IMG/VR virus record: IMGVR_UViG_3300045988_038444
Location: 1 to 43,689 of that record
Strand: one strand, 5' to 3'
Length of the DNA stretch: 43,689 bases
Source: a virus
Taxonomy: Duplodnaviria > Heunggongvirae > Uroviricota > Caudoviricetes
In this document: in pieces, positions 6,192 through 16,398 of the stretch
How the letters are laid out: each line of letters begins with the position of its first letter
Position numbering within the stretch: position 1 is the stretch's first letter
Notes under the pieces: generated by a model
Databases searched by the model: none
Told to the model about the DNA's origin: nothing
Seen by the model: the letters and a program-made list of their open reading frames with translations, nothing else
Translations under genes and position numbers: made by a program

Positions 6192-9164
6192 ATGGCTAAC
6201 TGTAACGATTATATCAGTGCTGATGATTTGAAAACAGGCAAACAAGCGATTTTACATATTGAACACGTTGCGAAAAGTCGTGATGCTAACGGTAATCATG
6301 CGTTGGATGTTACCGATACGATCCGTGATCAATCAGTTACCAACAAGACGCTTGATGGTTTAGAAAACCTGTACAATCAGGCTATATCTCAGGTTGGCTA
6401 TATCACAATGGATAGCTTCGAAGATGGCGCGACATTAACATTGCCTAACCAGGTGTTGCGATATAAGTCGACAGGAGAATATTACCGATGGGACGGTGAA
6501 TTTCCTAAAACCGTTTCTTCTGGTTCAACACCTGAAACTGCTGGTGGCGTTGGTCTTGGCGCGTGGGTTAGTGTTGGTGACGCTTCATTAAGAAGCCAGG
6601 TTTCTGACCCTGATGGCGCAACAAAATATCCAGATTTGCAGATCGCAAGATGGAGAGACACATTCGACCCGCGCGGGTGGAATGCAAAAGGTGATGGGGT
6701 CACCGATGACACCTCAGCGCTTAATGGCGTATTAAACGCCGCACCAGTTGGTCAGAAAATTAATGGCAATGGGAAGACATATAAGGTCACATCCCTGCCT
6801 GACATTAGTAGATTCGTCAATACTCGTTTTGTATATGAACGTATTCCTGGTCAGCCTCTTTTTTATGCTTCTGAAGATTTTATCCAGGGACAGTTATTTA
6901 AAATTACAGATACACCGTGGTACAACGCCTGGACGCAGGATAAAACGTTTGTATATGACAATGTCATCTATGCGCCTTTTATGGCTGGAGACCGCCATGG
7001 TGTAAATAACCTCCATGTTGCATGGGTTCGCTCAGGAGATGACGGGAAGACCTGGACAACGCCGGAATGGCTTACAGATTTACATGAAAACCATCCCACA
7101 GTTAACTATCACTGCATGAGTATGGGGGTTGTCAGAAATCGCCTTTTTGCTGTAATTGAGACGCGGACCGTGAGAGGAAATAAACTGCAGGTTGCAGAGT
7201 TGTGGGATCGCCCAATGAGTCGCAGCCTTCGCGTTTATGGTGGTATAACGAAAGCAGCAAATCAGCAAGTCGCTTATATTCGCATTACTGATCACGGATT
7301 ATTTGCTGGTGATTTTGTCAACTTCTCAAACTCTGGTGTTACAGGTGTTACCGGGAATATGACGGTGACTACTGTTATTGATAAAAATACTTTTACAGTT
7401 ACGACGCAAAATACCCAGGATGTGGATCAGAATAACGAGGGTGGATACTGGAGTTTTGGTACATCATTTCACTCGTCACCATGGAGAAAAACCAGTCTTG
7501 GAACTATTCCTTCTTTTGTTGACGGAAGCACTCCTGTTACTGAGATTCACAGTTTTGCGACGATTAGCGATAACAGTTTTGCTGTTGGCTACCATAATGG
7601 TGATATTGGTCCACGCGAGCTTGGGATACTCTATTTCTCTGATGCTTTCGGTTCTCCTGGTAGCTTTGTTCGCAGACGCATACCTGCAGAATATGAGGCG
7701 AATGCATCTGAGCCATGTGTAAAATATTATGATGGCATTCTGTATCTGACGACCAGGGGGACATTAAGTACTCAACCCGGTAGTTCATTGCACAGAAGCT
7801 CTGATTTAGGTATATCATGGAATTCTCTTCGCTTCCCAAATAATGTTCATCACTCAAACCTTCCTTTTGCCAAAGTTGGCGATGAGCTGATTATTTTTGG
7901 CAGTGAGCGCGCATTTGGTGAGTGGGAAGGAGGAGAACCTGATAACCGTTATGCAGGAAACTATCCAAGAACATTTATGACCAGAGTTAACGTCAATGAG
8001 TGGAGTCTGGATAATGTAGAGTGGGTTAATGTTACTGATCAGATTTATCAGGGCGGAATAGTTAACTCTGCGGTTGGTGTTGGTTCAGTTTGTATCAAAG
8101 ACAACTGGCTGTACTACATTTTCGGTGGGGAAGACTTTCTAAACCCATGGAGCATAGGGGATAACAACAAAAAATATCCTTATGTTCACGATGGTCACCC
8201 GGCTGATTTGTATTGTTTCAGGGTGAAAATTAAACAGGAAGAATTTGTTTCAAGGGATTTTGTCTACGGAGCCACTCCTAACAGAACGCTTCCTACTTTT
8301 ATGTCGACGTCAGGCGTGAGGACGGTTCCTGTACCCGTTGATTTCACAGATGATGTTGCCGTCCAGTCACTGACTGTCCATGCAGGTACATCAGGACAAG
8401 TTCGCGCGGAAGTCAAACTTGAGGGTAATTACGCCATTATTGCGAAGAAAGTACCGTCTGATAATGTTACCGCTCAGAGATTAATCGTTAGCGGCGGTGA
8501 AACAACGTCTTCAGCAGATGGTGCAATGATAACGTTGCATGGTTCCGGAAGCAGTACTCCACGTCGCGCGGTATATAACGCACTCGAACATCTTTTTGAG
8601 AACGGAGATGTTAAACCTCATCTTGATAATGTAAATGCTCTTGGTGGGCCTAGCAACCGTTTCACCACTGCATACCTCGGAAGCAACCCTATTGTTACTT
8701 CTAACGGAGAGAAGAAAACGGAGCCGGTAGTTTTTGATGATGCTTTCCTGGATGCCTGGGGTGACGTTCACTACATCATGTACAAGTGGTTAGATGCTAT
8801 TCAACTGAAAGGCAATGATGCTCGTATTCACTTCGGGGTTATTGCTCAGCAAATTCGTGATGTATTCATTGCACATGGTCTGATGGACGAAAACAGTACG
8901 GATTGTCGTTATGCCGTTCTGTGCTATGACAAGTATCCACGGATGACCGATATGGTATTTTCGCACAATGAAATCGTTGAACACACTGACGATGAGGGTA
9001 ATGTCACTACCACGGAAGAACCTGTATACACCGAGGTGGTTATTCACGAAGAGGGTGAGGAATGGGGTGTTCGGCCTGACGGAATTTTCTTTGCTGAAGC
9101 TGCTTATCAGCGAAGAAAACTGGAAAGAATCGAAGCCAGACTTTCTGCTCTTGAACAGAAGTAA
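6192..9164 (+). CDS. Tailspike: endo-N-acetylneuraminidase (endosialidase) with C-terminal intramolecular chaperone domain
   Basis: Track ORF begins at TTG 6165; ATG 6192 follows ggag. Asp-box SGDDGKTWT; C-terminal ~150 aa (DAFLDAWGDVHYIMYKW...IHFGVIAQQIRDVFIAHGL) resembles the self-cleaving chaperone domain of endosialidases and T5-type fibers. Confidence 0.75.
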   Translation: MANCNDYISADDLKTGKQAILHIEHVAKSRDANGNHALDVTDTIRDQSVTNKTLDGLENLYNQAISQVGYITMDSFEDGATLTLPNQVLRYKSTGEYYRWDGEFPKTVSSGSTPETAGGVGLGAWVSVGDASLRSQVSDPDGATKYPDLQIARWRDTFDPRGWNAKGDGVTDDTSALNGVLNAAPVGQKINGNGKTYKVTSLPDISRFVNTRFVYERIPGQPLFYASEDFIQGQLFKITDTPWYNAWTQDKTFVYDNVIYAPFMAGDRHGVNNLHVAWVRSGDDGKTWTTPEWLTDLHENHPTVNYHCMSMGVVRNRLFAVIETRTVRGNKLQVAELWDRPMSRSLRVYGGITKAANQQVAYIRITDHGLFAGDFVNFSNSGVTGVTGNMTVTTVIDKNTFTVTTQNTQDVDQNNEGGYWSFGTSFHSSPWRKTSLGTIPSFVDGSTPVTEIHSFATISDNSFAVGYHNGDIGPRELGILYFSDAFGSPGSFVRRRIPAEYEANASEPCVKYYDGILYLTTRGTLSTQPGSSLHRSSDLGISWNSLRFPNNVHHSNLPFAKVGDELIIFGSERAFGEWEGGEPDNRYAGNYPRTFMTRVNVNEWSLDNVEWVNVTDQIYQGGIVNSAVGVGSVCIKDNWLYYIFGGEDFLNPWSIGDNNKKYPYVHDGHPADLYCFRVKIKQEEFVSRDFVYGATPNRTLPTFMSTSGVRTVPVPVDFTDDVAVQSLTVHAGTSGQVRAEVKLEGNYAIIAKKVPSDNVTAQRLIVSGGETTSSADGAMITLHGSGSSTPRRAVYNALEHLFENGDVKPHLDNVNALGGPSNRFTTAYLGSNPIVTSNGEKKTEPVVFDDAFLDAWGDVHYIMYKWLDAIQLKGNDARIHFGVIAQQIRDVFIAHGLMDENSTDCRYAVLCYDKYPRMTDMVFSHNEIVEHTDDEGNVTTTEEPVYTEVVIHEEGEEWGVRPDGIFFAEAAYQRRKLERIEARLSALEQK

Positions 9165-9171
9165 TAAACAA

Positions 9172-9197
9172 AACCCCGCTTCGGCGGGGTTGTTTTA
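9172..9197. terminator. Bidirectional rho-independent terminator
   Basis: aaccccgc-ttcg-gcggggtt hairpin flanked by T-runs on both strands, between convergent genes. Confidence 0.65.
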
Positions 9198-9200
9198 TCA

Positions 9201-9611
9201 TCAGAACGGAATGTCGTCTGAAAAGTCCATCGGAGGCTCATTGCCTCCTTGTGGGCTTTGTTGTTTTTGTGGCTGCTGTTGCTGATTTGTTACCCATCCG
9301 CCTTGAGGTTGTTGGCCTGATTGCTGGCGCGGTTGCTGACCAGAATCATCACGTTTACCACCAAGCATCTGCATAACGCCACCCATCTGTGGAATGACAA
9401 TCTCCGTAGTGTATCGGTCTACGCCGTTGCTGTCAGACCACTTACGAGTGTGCAGCTGTCCTTCGATATAAACCTGTGAACCTTTGCGAAGGTATTCTCC
9501 TGCAACTTCCGCAAGTTTCCCGAAGATGACTATGCGATGCCATTCAGTCTGTTCCTTCTTTTCTCCTGTTTGCTTGTCTTTCCACTGCTCAGATGTTGCA
9601 ACAAAAAACAA
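9201..9611 (-). CDS. ssb: Single-stranded DNA-binding protein homologue, N-terminally truncated (host SSB-like), with DDIPF tail
   Basis: [56 protein letters not shown]...DRYTTEIV aligns with E. coli SSB from about residue 33 (sequence recalled from memory); TTG start, in-frame TAA four codons upstream, no obvious SD. Confidence 0.6.
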   Translation of the reverse strand: MFFVATSEQWKDKQTGEKKEQTEWHRIVIFGKLAEVAGEYLRKGSQVYIEGQLHTRKWSDSNGVDRYTTEIVIPQMGGVMQMLGGKRDDSGQQPRQQSGQQPQGGWVTNQQQQPQKQQSPQGGNEPPMDFSDDIPF

Positions 9612-9632
9612 GCCAACGGCTTAGATAACTTG

Positions 9633-12164
9633 TTATAAATCATCCTGATAATAACGTGCATCGTAATTGATGCACGTTAAACCTACCTGATAGTTATTAT
9701 CCCTTCCTGACGGTTCCATACTCTGAACAAGCATTGCTAATTTGCTACGCTCATCATCAGCACGGATTACATATGCTGTACGGTCACGCAACCATCCTGT
9801 ATAAATTTCTTCAGATGGCTGGTAAGCCATTATCACGGAAAATTTATCATCCCCGGCAGTTACAGGAATGTTTTCAAGTGTTCCCAGTCGGTGTGTTAAC
9901 GTTATGCTGTATGTATTACCCGTGGCGAACGTAACAGGATCGCTAAGAATAAGTGTTAAACCATCAACATCGACTACAATGCCTTCATGCTGTTTCATAC
10001 GAGTGTTATCAATCATATCCACACGCATGCCTGGAGTAGCCTGTAACCCGATACTAAGCGCTGTACATTCGTGAGTAATACGTTGGTAACGCAACTTATT
10101 CATCTCACGATTAGCGCGAATATTTGCAAGATATCGCGATTGACATGCGACAAGATCTATCTTATTGAGATTTGTTTCTTCACCTTTAGTTACATACAAA
10201 TACGATTTTTCATCATGATCGAAGTATTTAACCTGAACACCCGTATATTCTTTAGGTGGTGCGAAAGAACGTGTGCGTTTATCACTGTCAGGGATCTTAA
10301 ACGCGTGACCAAACTGCATTGCTGACTGGTCCTGCGGTAATTCAGGCCAGAAATACAATACACTACCGATCTGATACGGTTTAACATTCACCGTGTTACA
10401 GATAGTGTCCAATCCTTCTTCGTACGTCGTACTGTTGTTATCAAATGTATAACCAACTTCAATTGCTCGTTGGTCACCAAAATATTCAAGAATTTGTGCC
10501 TGAACAGCATATAAAGCATCACGATCAATGGTGTCTAATGTGCGACGACCAAATAAAGGATCTGTATGCATTGACATTACAACATCTGCAAAATTACTAC
10601 TTGCAACACCATCGTATACGCGCGTTGCAATCATGTTTAATTTACGTTCTTTTTGTTTCAGTGCAGCGTTTGTTGCTTTTGTCACTGTATGAATCAATGT
10701 CACATCACCATAGGAACGCGGAGAAACGTTCGTTATAGCGTATAAATCACGCCACTTGATATTATCAACAACAGATCCTTCAAAATCTTTATCTGTGTTT
10801 GATAGTCGTCTTACAGACACGTTGACAGGGCCGTCAAACGGGTTATCCACAATTAACGAATTACCTACGGCTTCTGTATAACGACCGCGGACAGACATAG
10901 AGTGTGTCACATTCGCTTTCACACCGTTCGGGTCCGACAAAACTACCTGGAAGTCACAGGTAAACGGATAAATGTCACCATCAGTTTTATACACTCCATT
11001 CTGTGCATAAAGATTAATCATCAACTTATCCGCACTGTCAATCAGATAAGGTCCGACAATATACGGCGTGGTACTGTCAAGAGACGGTGAAAACTTGTAT
11101 AAAATACTTCCGCTTCCTTCAATGGTTTCAAGTTCCCAGTAACCATCGTTTCGCAAATAAGCCTGTGTATATGCAGCCTGACCACTTTCAGACAGAGCAT
11201 CCCAACCTTCACGACCAGTAGTATCAATGATTAACGTATTCTCATCTGCATAAATAACGTCATATTCACCGGATAGATCATTACGTACATACGTGTTTAA
11301 CGGTAAAGTATTAGGTGTAAAACTGTAAAATTGTGATAAACGAATTTTACTACCGATTGGTGCACGTTCTGACCAGTCGATTGTAGTGTTATCGTCGCTG
11401 GAAATCGTAGTATCAATTTCACCTGTGCTGTAAATTTTAAAATTTGCTTTACTAATATCAGCATAGTTTGGTGGCTTAACTTCAGATCCGTCTGCTTCGT
11501 TCGATGACTTAGCAACCATGATCGGAAAAGTGTTAATATCAATCGCACCACCGATATTCATATATGGAGAACCATACCCTGGTGCATTACCTTTTTTATA
11601 AAAGTCTAATTTTTCACCGCTGATATTTACCGCAGGTGTAATACCATCACGAACGTCTTCGACTTCGTATTCACCAGCACCCAGACACAGAAACTGAACT
11701 TCGTATTCTGTTCGGTCAATGAAGATTCGGTAATCCATTAACAAATCAGGGTATACCAGTACACGACCACGAATATCAGAGATACGCTCACCCGGTCGCG
11801 AAGCATTAGTACGCCCCTGAAGCGCGTTGTTAGACGACGCTGAACGTGAGTTCTTAAGATTAGCCGATGCACTGGTATTCGGCATGAACAATTTTAAAAT
11901 GGGGTTTAAAATTGTGCTAATAACTTTCGTTATTGCACTAACCACTCCACCTTTTGGTAGTTCATAAATATGATAAACAGCGTCAGAATCAGTCAATACG
12001 CTGGGGTCAGTAACCCACTTTTGGGTAATATTTTCATCGTTTTTATAAATCAGTAACCCACGCGGGCGAACAGTACCCACGGGCCAGCGTTTCAGCATCC
12101 ATTCACCAAAGTCAACGTTATCAGCGTGTTCAACAGGATTAGTATGATAGATGACTTTAGACAC
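9633..12164 (-). CDS. Tail tip / host-specificity protein (J-like), putative
   Basis: 843-aa ORF at the distal end of the tail module; assignment by size and position only. Confidence 0.45.
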   Translation of the reverse strand: MSKVIYHTNPVEHADNVDFGEWMLKRWPVGTVRPRGLLIYKNDENITQKWVTDPSVLTDSDAVYHIYELPKGGVVSAITKVISTILNPILKLFMPNTSASANLKNSRSASSNNALQGRTNASRPGERISDIRGRVLVYPDLLMDYRIFIDRTEYEVQFLCLGAGEYEVEDVRDGITPAVNISGEKLDFYKKGNAPGYGSPYMNIGGAIDINTFPIMVAKSSNEADGSEVKPPNYADISKANFKIYSTGEIDTTISSDDNTTIDWSERAPIGSKIRLSQFYSFTPNTLPLNTYVRNDLSGEYDVIYADENTLIIDTTGREGWDALSESGQAAYTQAYLRNDGYWELETIEGSGSILYKFSPSLDSTTPYIVGPYLIDSADKLMINLYAQNGVYKTDGDIYPFTCDFQVVLSDPNGVKANVTHSMSVRGRYTEAVGNSLIVDNPFDGPVNVSVRRLSNTDKDFEGSVVDNIKWRDLYAITNVSPRSYGDVTLIHTVTKATNAALKQKERKLNMIATRVYDGVASSNFADVVMSMHTDPLFGRRTLDTIDRDALYAVQAQILEYFGDQRAIEVGYTFDNNSTTYEEGLDTICNTVNVKPYQIGSVLYFWPELPQDQSAMQFGHAFKIPDSDKRTRSFAPPKEYTGVQVKYFDHDEKSYLYVTKGEETNLNKIDLVACQSRYLANIRANREMNKLRYQRITHECTALSIGLQATPGMRVDMIDNTRMKQHEGIVVDVDGLTLILSDPVTFATGNTYSITLTHRLGTLENIPVTAGDDKFSVIMAYQPSEEIYTGWLRDRTAYVIRADDERSKLAMLVQSMEPSGRDNNYQVGLTCINYDARYYQDDL

Positions 12165-12516
12165 TTTTCATTCTCCAGAACGTGATTTCTTTATGTGCTG
12201 TCTTGATTATACTTAAAGGTGATCTGATTGTCTGTCCTGGTGAATCACCAGGTGGCTGATAACAATGATGAACCATTCCGCAATCCCACACGCCGACATG
12301 AAAACCGCCTGAATATCTGTTCTTCATCAGTACAAGCGCGCCTTGTTCCGGTGTGGTAATTGGTGAAAAACGTTTTCGCATCCATCTGACAAACGCAATA
12401 TCCCATTCATCACCTGAAACAGTTTTTAATATATGTGGGTAGTTGTGGACCTGATACCACTGACTAACCTCGTGTGTACAATTCCATTTGTCAATATCGT
12501 AGCGGTCACCGATCAT
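12157..12516 (-). CDS. Tail assembly protein, NlpC/P60-like (gpK C-terminal-type) candidate
   Basis: Cys...His...His spacing (WNCTHEV ... GFHVGVWDCGMVHHC); position between minor tail proteins and J-like gene. Confidence 0.35.
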   Translation of the reverse strand: MIGDRYDIDKWNCTHEVSQWYQVHNYPHILKTVSGDEWDIAFVRWMRKRFSPITTPEQGALVLMKNRYSGGFHVGVWDCGMVHHCYQPPGDSPGQTIRSPLSIIKTAHKEITFWRMKSV

Positions 12517-13031
12517 GTTGCATACGCCAGCAATGTAGGAAAACGTTCAAACGTATATAATTCACCTGTCCCGGCAAAGTTCGTAATAGGTGGTGATGCT
12601 GTGAACGTACAACCCTGTGGTTCGGTAGTAATGTCACCAGATTCCAGAAGATATGGCCCATCCTGAATATCAGACATGGAACCATCTTCACGATAAACAA
12701 ACGTTCGTAACTCAACAGATGGTTTTTCATTACTGTCAAGCGGAATTAAGTCCAGATATACACCGACAACTTCATTCAGATCCTGAATGGTGAATGAATA
12801 ATCCTGTGATAAATCGTTTTGTTTATTCGCCTTCTTGACGGACATCGGAACGTATTCGTACTCATATTCCTTACCGTCTTCATGTACAGCGATAAATCCC
12901 GGATAAACACTGGTGATGTATAGCGGATTAGGCCATGAACTATGATTCAGTTTCACACCGTCAACAACACCTTTACCAGTTGTTGCAACGGTTAATAATT
13001 CACGCAGTTCGTCTTTCATTCTGGTGTCCAC
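12513..13031 (-). CDS. Minor tail protein (putative)
   Basis: 172-aa ORF, position after tape measure, overlapping stops and starts. Confidence 0.4.
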   Translation of the reverse strand: MDTRMKDELRELLTVATTGKGVVDGVKLNHSSWPNPLYITSVYPGFIAVHEDGKEYEYEYVPMSVKKANKQNDLSQDYSFTIQDLNEVVGVYLDLIPLDSNEKPSVELRTFVYREDGSMSDIQDGPYLLESGDITTEPQGCTFTASPPITNFAGTGELYTFERFPTLLAYAT

Positions 13032-13519
13032 GCGTTATTTAAGAGTAAGCCAGTATCAATAATTTCTTTAAGGTAACAAGCAGCATAATCACCCTGGCAT
13101 TTAGTGATTAACAATCGTGATGCCATTGCACAACGGTCGATTACCGGAACAGCTTGTAACTGTAAATCGACAGATCCTTTCCATCCTACAACAGAGGATG
13201 AAGGGTTACTGACAATCTGAACAACGTGTTCCTGAATCAAACCGTTCACAAACAGTTGCATCACAAACCGCTTACTACCTTCAGCGATTTCCAGATTATA
13301 AAAATCGTCCCACCACTGAAGCATCGCCGGACTATATAACTGAATTGTACACGATACCTGAGCAGGTCCACCAAAGGCGCTACGACCTAACCGTGATAAC
13401 GTCCCGGAAACATCAGATTTAGTTACACCCCACGGTGGGCTATAACTGTAATTATCACGCTCAGGTAACACCATTTTCGCGCCGTACTCAAGCCGTGGTA
13501 AATCATCTGTATTGCTCAT
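13016..13519 (-). CDS. Minor or distal tail protein (putative)
   Basis: 167-aa ORF immediately downstream of tape measure gene. Confidence 0.4.
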   Translation of the reverse strand: MSNTDDLPRLEYGAKMVLPERDNYSYSPPWGVTKSDVSGTLSRLGRSAFGGPAQVSCTIQLYSPAMLQWWDDFYNLEIAEGSKRFVMQLFVNGLIQEHVVQIVSNPSSSVVGWKGSVDLQLQAVPVIDRCAMASRLLITKCQGDYAACYLKEIIDTGLLLNNAWTPE

Positions 13520-16101
13520 TATATTTTCCTGTTCGCATCATAGTTAGACCTGAACGCTTTATTCGTCTGACTGTACGGGTCATTCCATTGTGCCGCTGAT
13601 TGTCGTGGGAATTCTTCACCTATGATAAGCACTACGTCATCCCGTGTTAATCCTTGTTTCACCTGAACACGTTCGCCACCGTAGTTATGAACCTGAATAT
13701 TAGGTGATGAACCACCTTCAGATCCGGGGGTGTATGTCCCACGATTCATTGCTTCCAGAGTGCTACGATAACGACTCGTAGCCTGTTTGGTACTGACAAA
13801 TTCACCATTACTCAAACGTGCGTTTATACTGTCACTCTGACCTGTACCCGGACCTTTAACATAACCACCCGTTGCAAAACCTGTTGCGGCCACAGACTGA
13901 ATGTTACCTAACACGCTTGTCCCGTATGATAAAGCCTGTGCAATGAACGGAATATTCGCCGGGAACGGCAACGCCATAGCCTGACTAACGGCTGTCCACA
14001 GGTTAATACTCGCCTGTGCGATACTAAAGGCTTTAGACAGTGCAAACATCGCTTTATATGCGTTTGATTGCTCACCTTTAGATTGTGCCAGACCAGCAGC
14101 CATTTGACCCAAAAAATCAGCACTGGATTGTAGCAACAAGCTGTAGTTAGCATTTGCAAGATTCATACGGGCTTGTTCCCCGGCCTGTTGAATCTGCGTT
14201 TTCATGTCCTGGTATTGTTGCTCGTTAATTAAATCTTGTTCACGGGCTTGTTGTATGACAGTAAGGCGTTGTGCTTCCTGTTGATTAACCTGATCAACCT
14301 GTGATTGATACGGGTTTAACTCACCCTGTACATCGGTTTGTACCTGTGAAACCTGACCAGCTAACTGTTGCGCCTGCTGTTGACGTTGCAATGCAGCCAC
14401 ATGTGCATCAACAGCGGCACGTTCAGCATCAGTCGCGTCTTTATTCAGTCGTGACTGTGCTTCTGCCTGTTGTGATGCCAGCGTTAACTGTTGACGTACC
14501 TGATATTCTTTCTGATATGTTGCTGTAAGTTGTTCAACAGACGACCCCTGTGTTAAGGCAATCTGAACCTGTTCACGGGCTAACTGAACATCATAATTAC
14601 CAGCATTGATTTTATCCTGAAGCGTTTTCAGGTATTTCTGGTTAGCAGCCTGATTACGTTCCAGTTCTTTCTGTGCACGTTTAGCCGCAGATGCTTCAGC
14701 ACTCGCTGATTTCTTCTGGTTTTTTTGATTTTCTTTATATTCTGCCTGTTGTTTCAACAACGCAGCATAGTCTGCAATCTGTTCCTTAGTTGCTTTATTA
14801 CCCAGTTTCTGACTTGCTGCCAGTTCATAGTTACCGTCAGCAAGCGCCTGGGTGTAGGTGATCTGTTCTTTCAGGTTTTTAATCTGTTTTTGTGCTTTCG
14901 CGTCTGATGCATTTGTCCCTTTTATAGAAATAGGTTTTGTAGCATCACGGTTTTTTTTAGCTTGTTCGTATCCAGCCGCAGATGCTTTAACAAATCTATC
15001 AACCTGGTCATTGTACGCTTTTGCATTATTTACATCATCGTTTGACCAGACCAGATCAGCAAGGGATGCCCCAGTAGCACCTGGTTGTAACTTAGATATT
15101 ACGCCAGCTATTGACCACAATTTATCAGCAGTTGTTGAATCATCGCCTAATTTATTGATGAAACCTGTAAGTGTATCAATAGCGTTTACAGCAAGATTTG
15201 ATGCTCCAGTCACGTCATTCATGCTTGCAACAAGCGTGGCTAACGATACAGATAACGAATTCGTAGCTTGATCTAAAGACCGTGGCAATTTGCTAAATTC
15301 TTCATCAACATTTTGCGTTTGACGAATAATAGCATTCAATGCTTGTTCCGCTGTGAGTTCACCATCCAGCATTTGCTGACGTAACTCACCCATTGAAACA
15401 CCTAAACCAGCAGCCATCTGTCTTGCCAGTTCTGGCATCTGTTCAACAATGCTGTTAAATTCTTCCGCACGAACTACACCAGATGAAATTGACTGACCAA
15501 ACTGACGTAATGCGTTAGACATTTCTTCAGCAGATGAACTACCAACACGACCTATTTTTTGAAGTGTTTCAGTTAATCGTAATATCTGATCGTTTGTTGC
15601 GCCGCTATCCTTTAATGACGATGATAAGGTTTCCCATAAACGTTCAGTATCAGCAAGACCACCACCTGTTTTAGAGGCAATATCCGCGAGTGTTTGAAAT
15701 GTTTGTTCGGCTGATGATGTACTCCCGGTCAATCTTGCAATACGAGCTTCGAGTTGATTAGCTGCATCACCCGCAACAATAAACGCTTTTCCTAACTCAA
15801 TAGCAGAAGACACCGCACCTATTGCCATAAAACCACGAACGGCGTTTGTTGCAAGATTTACGCCAGATGCCATCGACTTTAAAGATGATGTAGCGTTACC
15901 AGTATTTGACGCCATTACTTGTGCAGATTTTGCAGCTTGCTGTTCACTTTTTGATAAAGTGTTTGCCGCTTGTGCAGCAGATTTTGCAGAATTAGCTGTT
16001 TGGTCTAACTGGTTATTAAGGCTGTTAAGATTTCTGTCAGCGTTACCAGTGTCTATTTTTATATCAATCGGATACTGTGCCATTGTGGTTAACCTTTTCA
16101 C
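13519..16101 (-). CDS. Tail tape measure protein
   Basis: 860 aa, long low-complexity alpha-helical Q/A/E-rich sequence, downstream of tail chaperone genes. Confidence 0.75.
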   Translation of the reverse strand: MKRLTTMAQYPIDIKIDTGNADRNLNSLNNQLDQTANSAKSAAQAANTLSKSEQQAAKSAQVMASNTGNATSSLKSMASGVNLATNAVRGFMAIGAVSSAIELGKAFIVAGDAANQLEARIARLTGSTSSAEQTFQTLADIASKTGGGLADTERLWETLSSSLKDSGATNDQILRLTETLQKIGRVGSSSAEEMSNALRQFGQSISSGVVRAEEFNSIVEQMPELARQMAAGLGVSMGELRQQMLDGELTAEQALNAIIRQTQNVDEEFSKLPRSLDQATNSLSVSLATLVASMNDVTGASNLAVNAIDTLTGFINKLGDDSTTADKLWSIAGVISKLQPGATGASLADLVWSNDDVNNAKAYNDQVDRFVKASAAGYEQAKKNRDATKPISIKGTNASDAKAQKQIKNLKEQITYTQALADGNYELAASQKLGNKATKEQIADYAALLKQQAEYKENQKNQKKSASAEASAAKRAQKELERNQAANQKYLKTLQDKINAGNYDVQLAREQVQIALTQGSSVEQLTATYQKEYQVRQQLTLASQQAEAQSRLNKDATDAERAAVDAHVAALQRQQQAQQLAGQVSQVQTDVQGELNPYQSQVDQVNQQEAQRLTVIQQAREQDLINEQQYQDMKTQIQQAGEQARMNLANANYSLLLQSSADFLGQMAAGLAQSKGEQSNAYKAMFALSKAFSIAQASINLWTAVSQAMALPFPANIPFIAQALSYGTSVLGNIQSVAATGFATGGYVKGPGTGQSDSINARLSNGEFVSTKQATSRYRSTLEAMNRGTYTPGSEGGSSPNIQVHNYGGERVQVKQGLTRDDVVLIIGEEFPRQSAAQWNDPYSQTNKAFRSNYDANRKI

Positions 16102-16145
16102 GAAGCATATACACAGTTTAACACGGGTCTAAAAAGCGACAAACG

Positions 16146-16190
16146 TTTAAAATAATTCTTGACGGATTACACAATGATGTGTAACCTACA
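16146..16190 (+). promoter_or_regulatory. Conserved early promoter copy: A/T-rich UP-like tttaaaataattc, -35 TTGACG (16159-16164), 17-nt spacer, -10 taacct
   Basis: One of at least nine near-identical plus-strand copies of tttaaaataattcTTGAC. Confidence 0.7.
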
Positions 16191-16217
16191 ATCAACAAAA
16201 CAACGGAGAGTTACAAA

Positions 16218-16397
16218 ATGGCTACTTTCATCATTCTTTTCTTAATCGCTGCTGTATATCTGATCCCAGCACTCATCGCGATTAACGTTAAACATAAACA
16301 ACAAACAGCAATTATTTTACTTAACATCTTTGCGGGTTGGACATTCGTCGGTTGGTTAGGTGCGTTAATCTGGTCTGTGTTAAAAAGCGACAAATAA
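16218..16397 (+). CDS. Superinfection-immunity-like small membrane protein (59 aa)
   Basis: Below track cutoff. ggagag RBS; MATFIILFLIAAVYLIPALIAINVKHKQQTAIILLNIFAGWTFVGWLGALIWSVLKSDK matches my recollection of the Imm_superinfect family pattern. Confidence 0.55.
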   Translation: MATFIILFLIAAVYLIPALIAINVKHKQQTAIILLNIFAGWTFVGWLGALIWSVLKSDK

Positions 16398-16398
16398 G

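Noticed and set aside
16211-16393. Minus-strand 60-aa track ORF
   Set aside because: Antisense to the plus-strand 59-codon ORF 16218..16397, which has a promoter, an RBS and a recognisable membrane-protein sequence.
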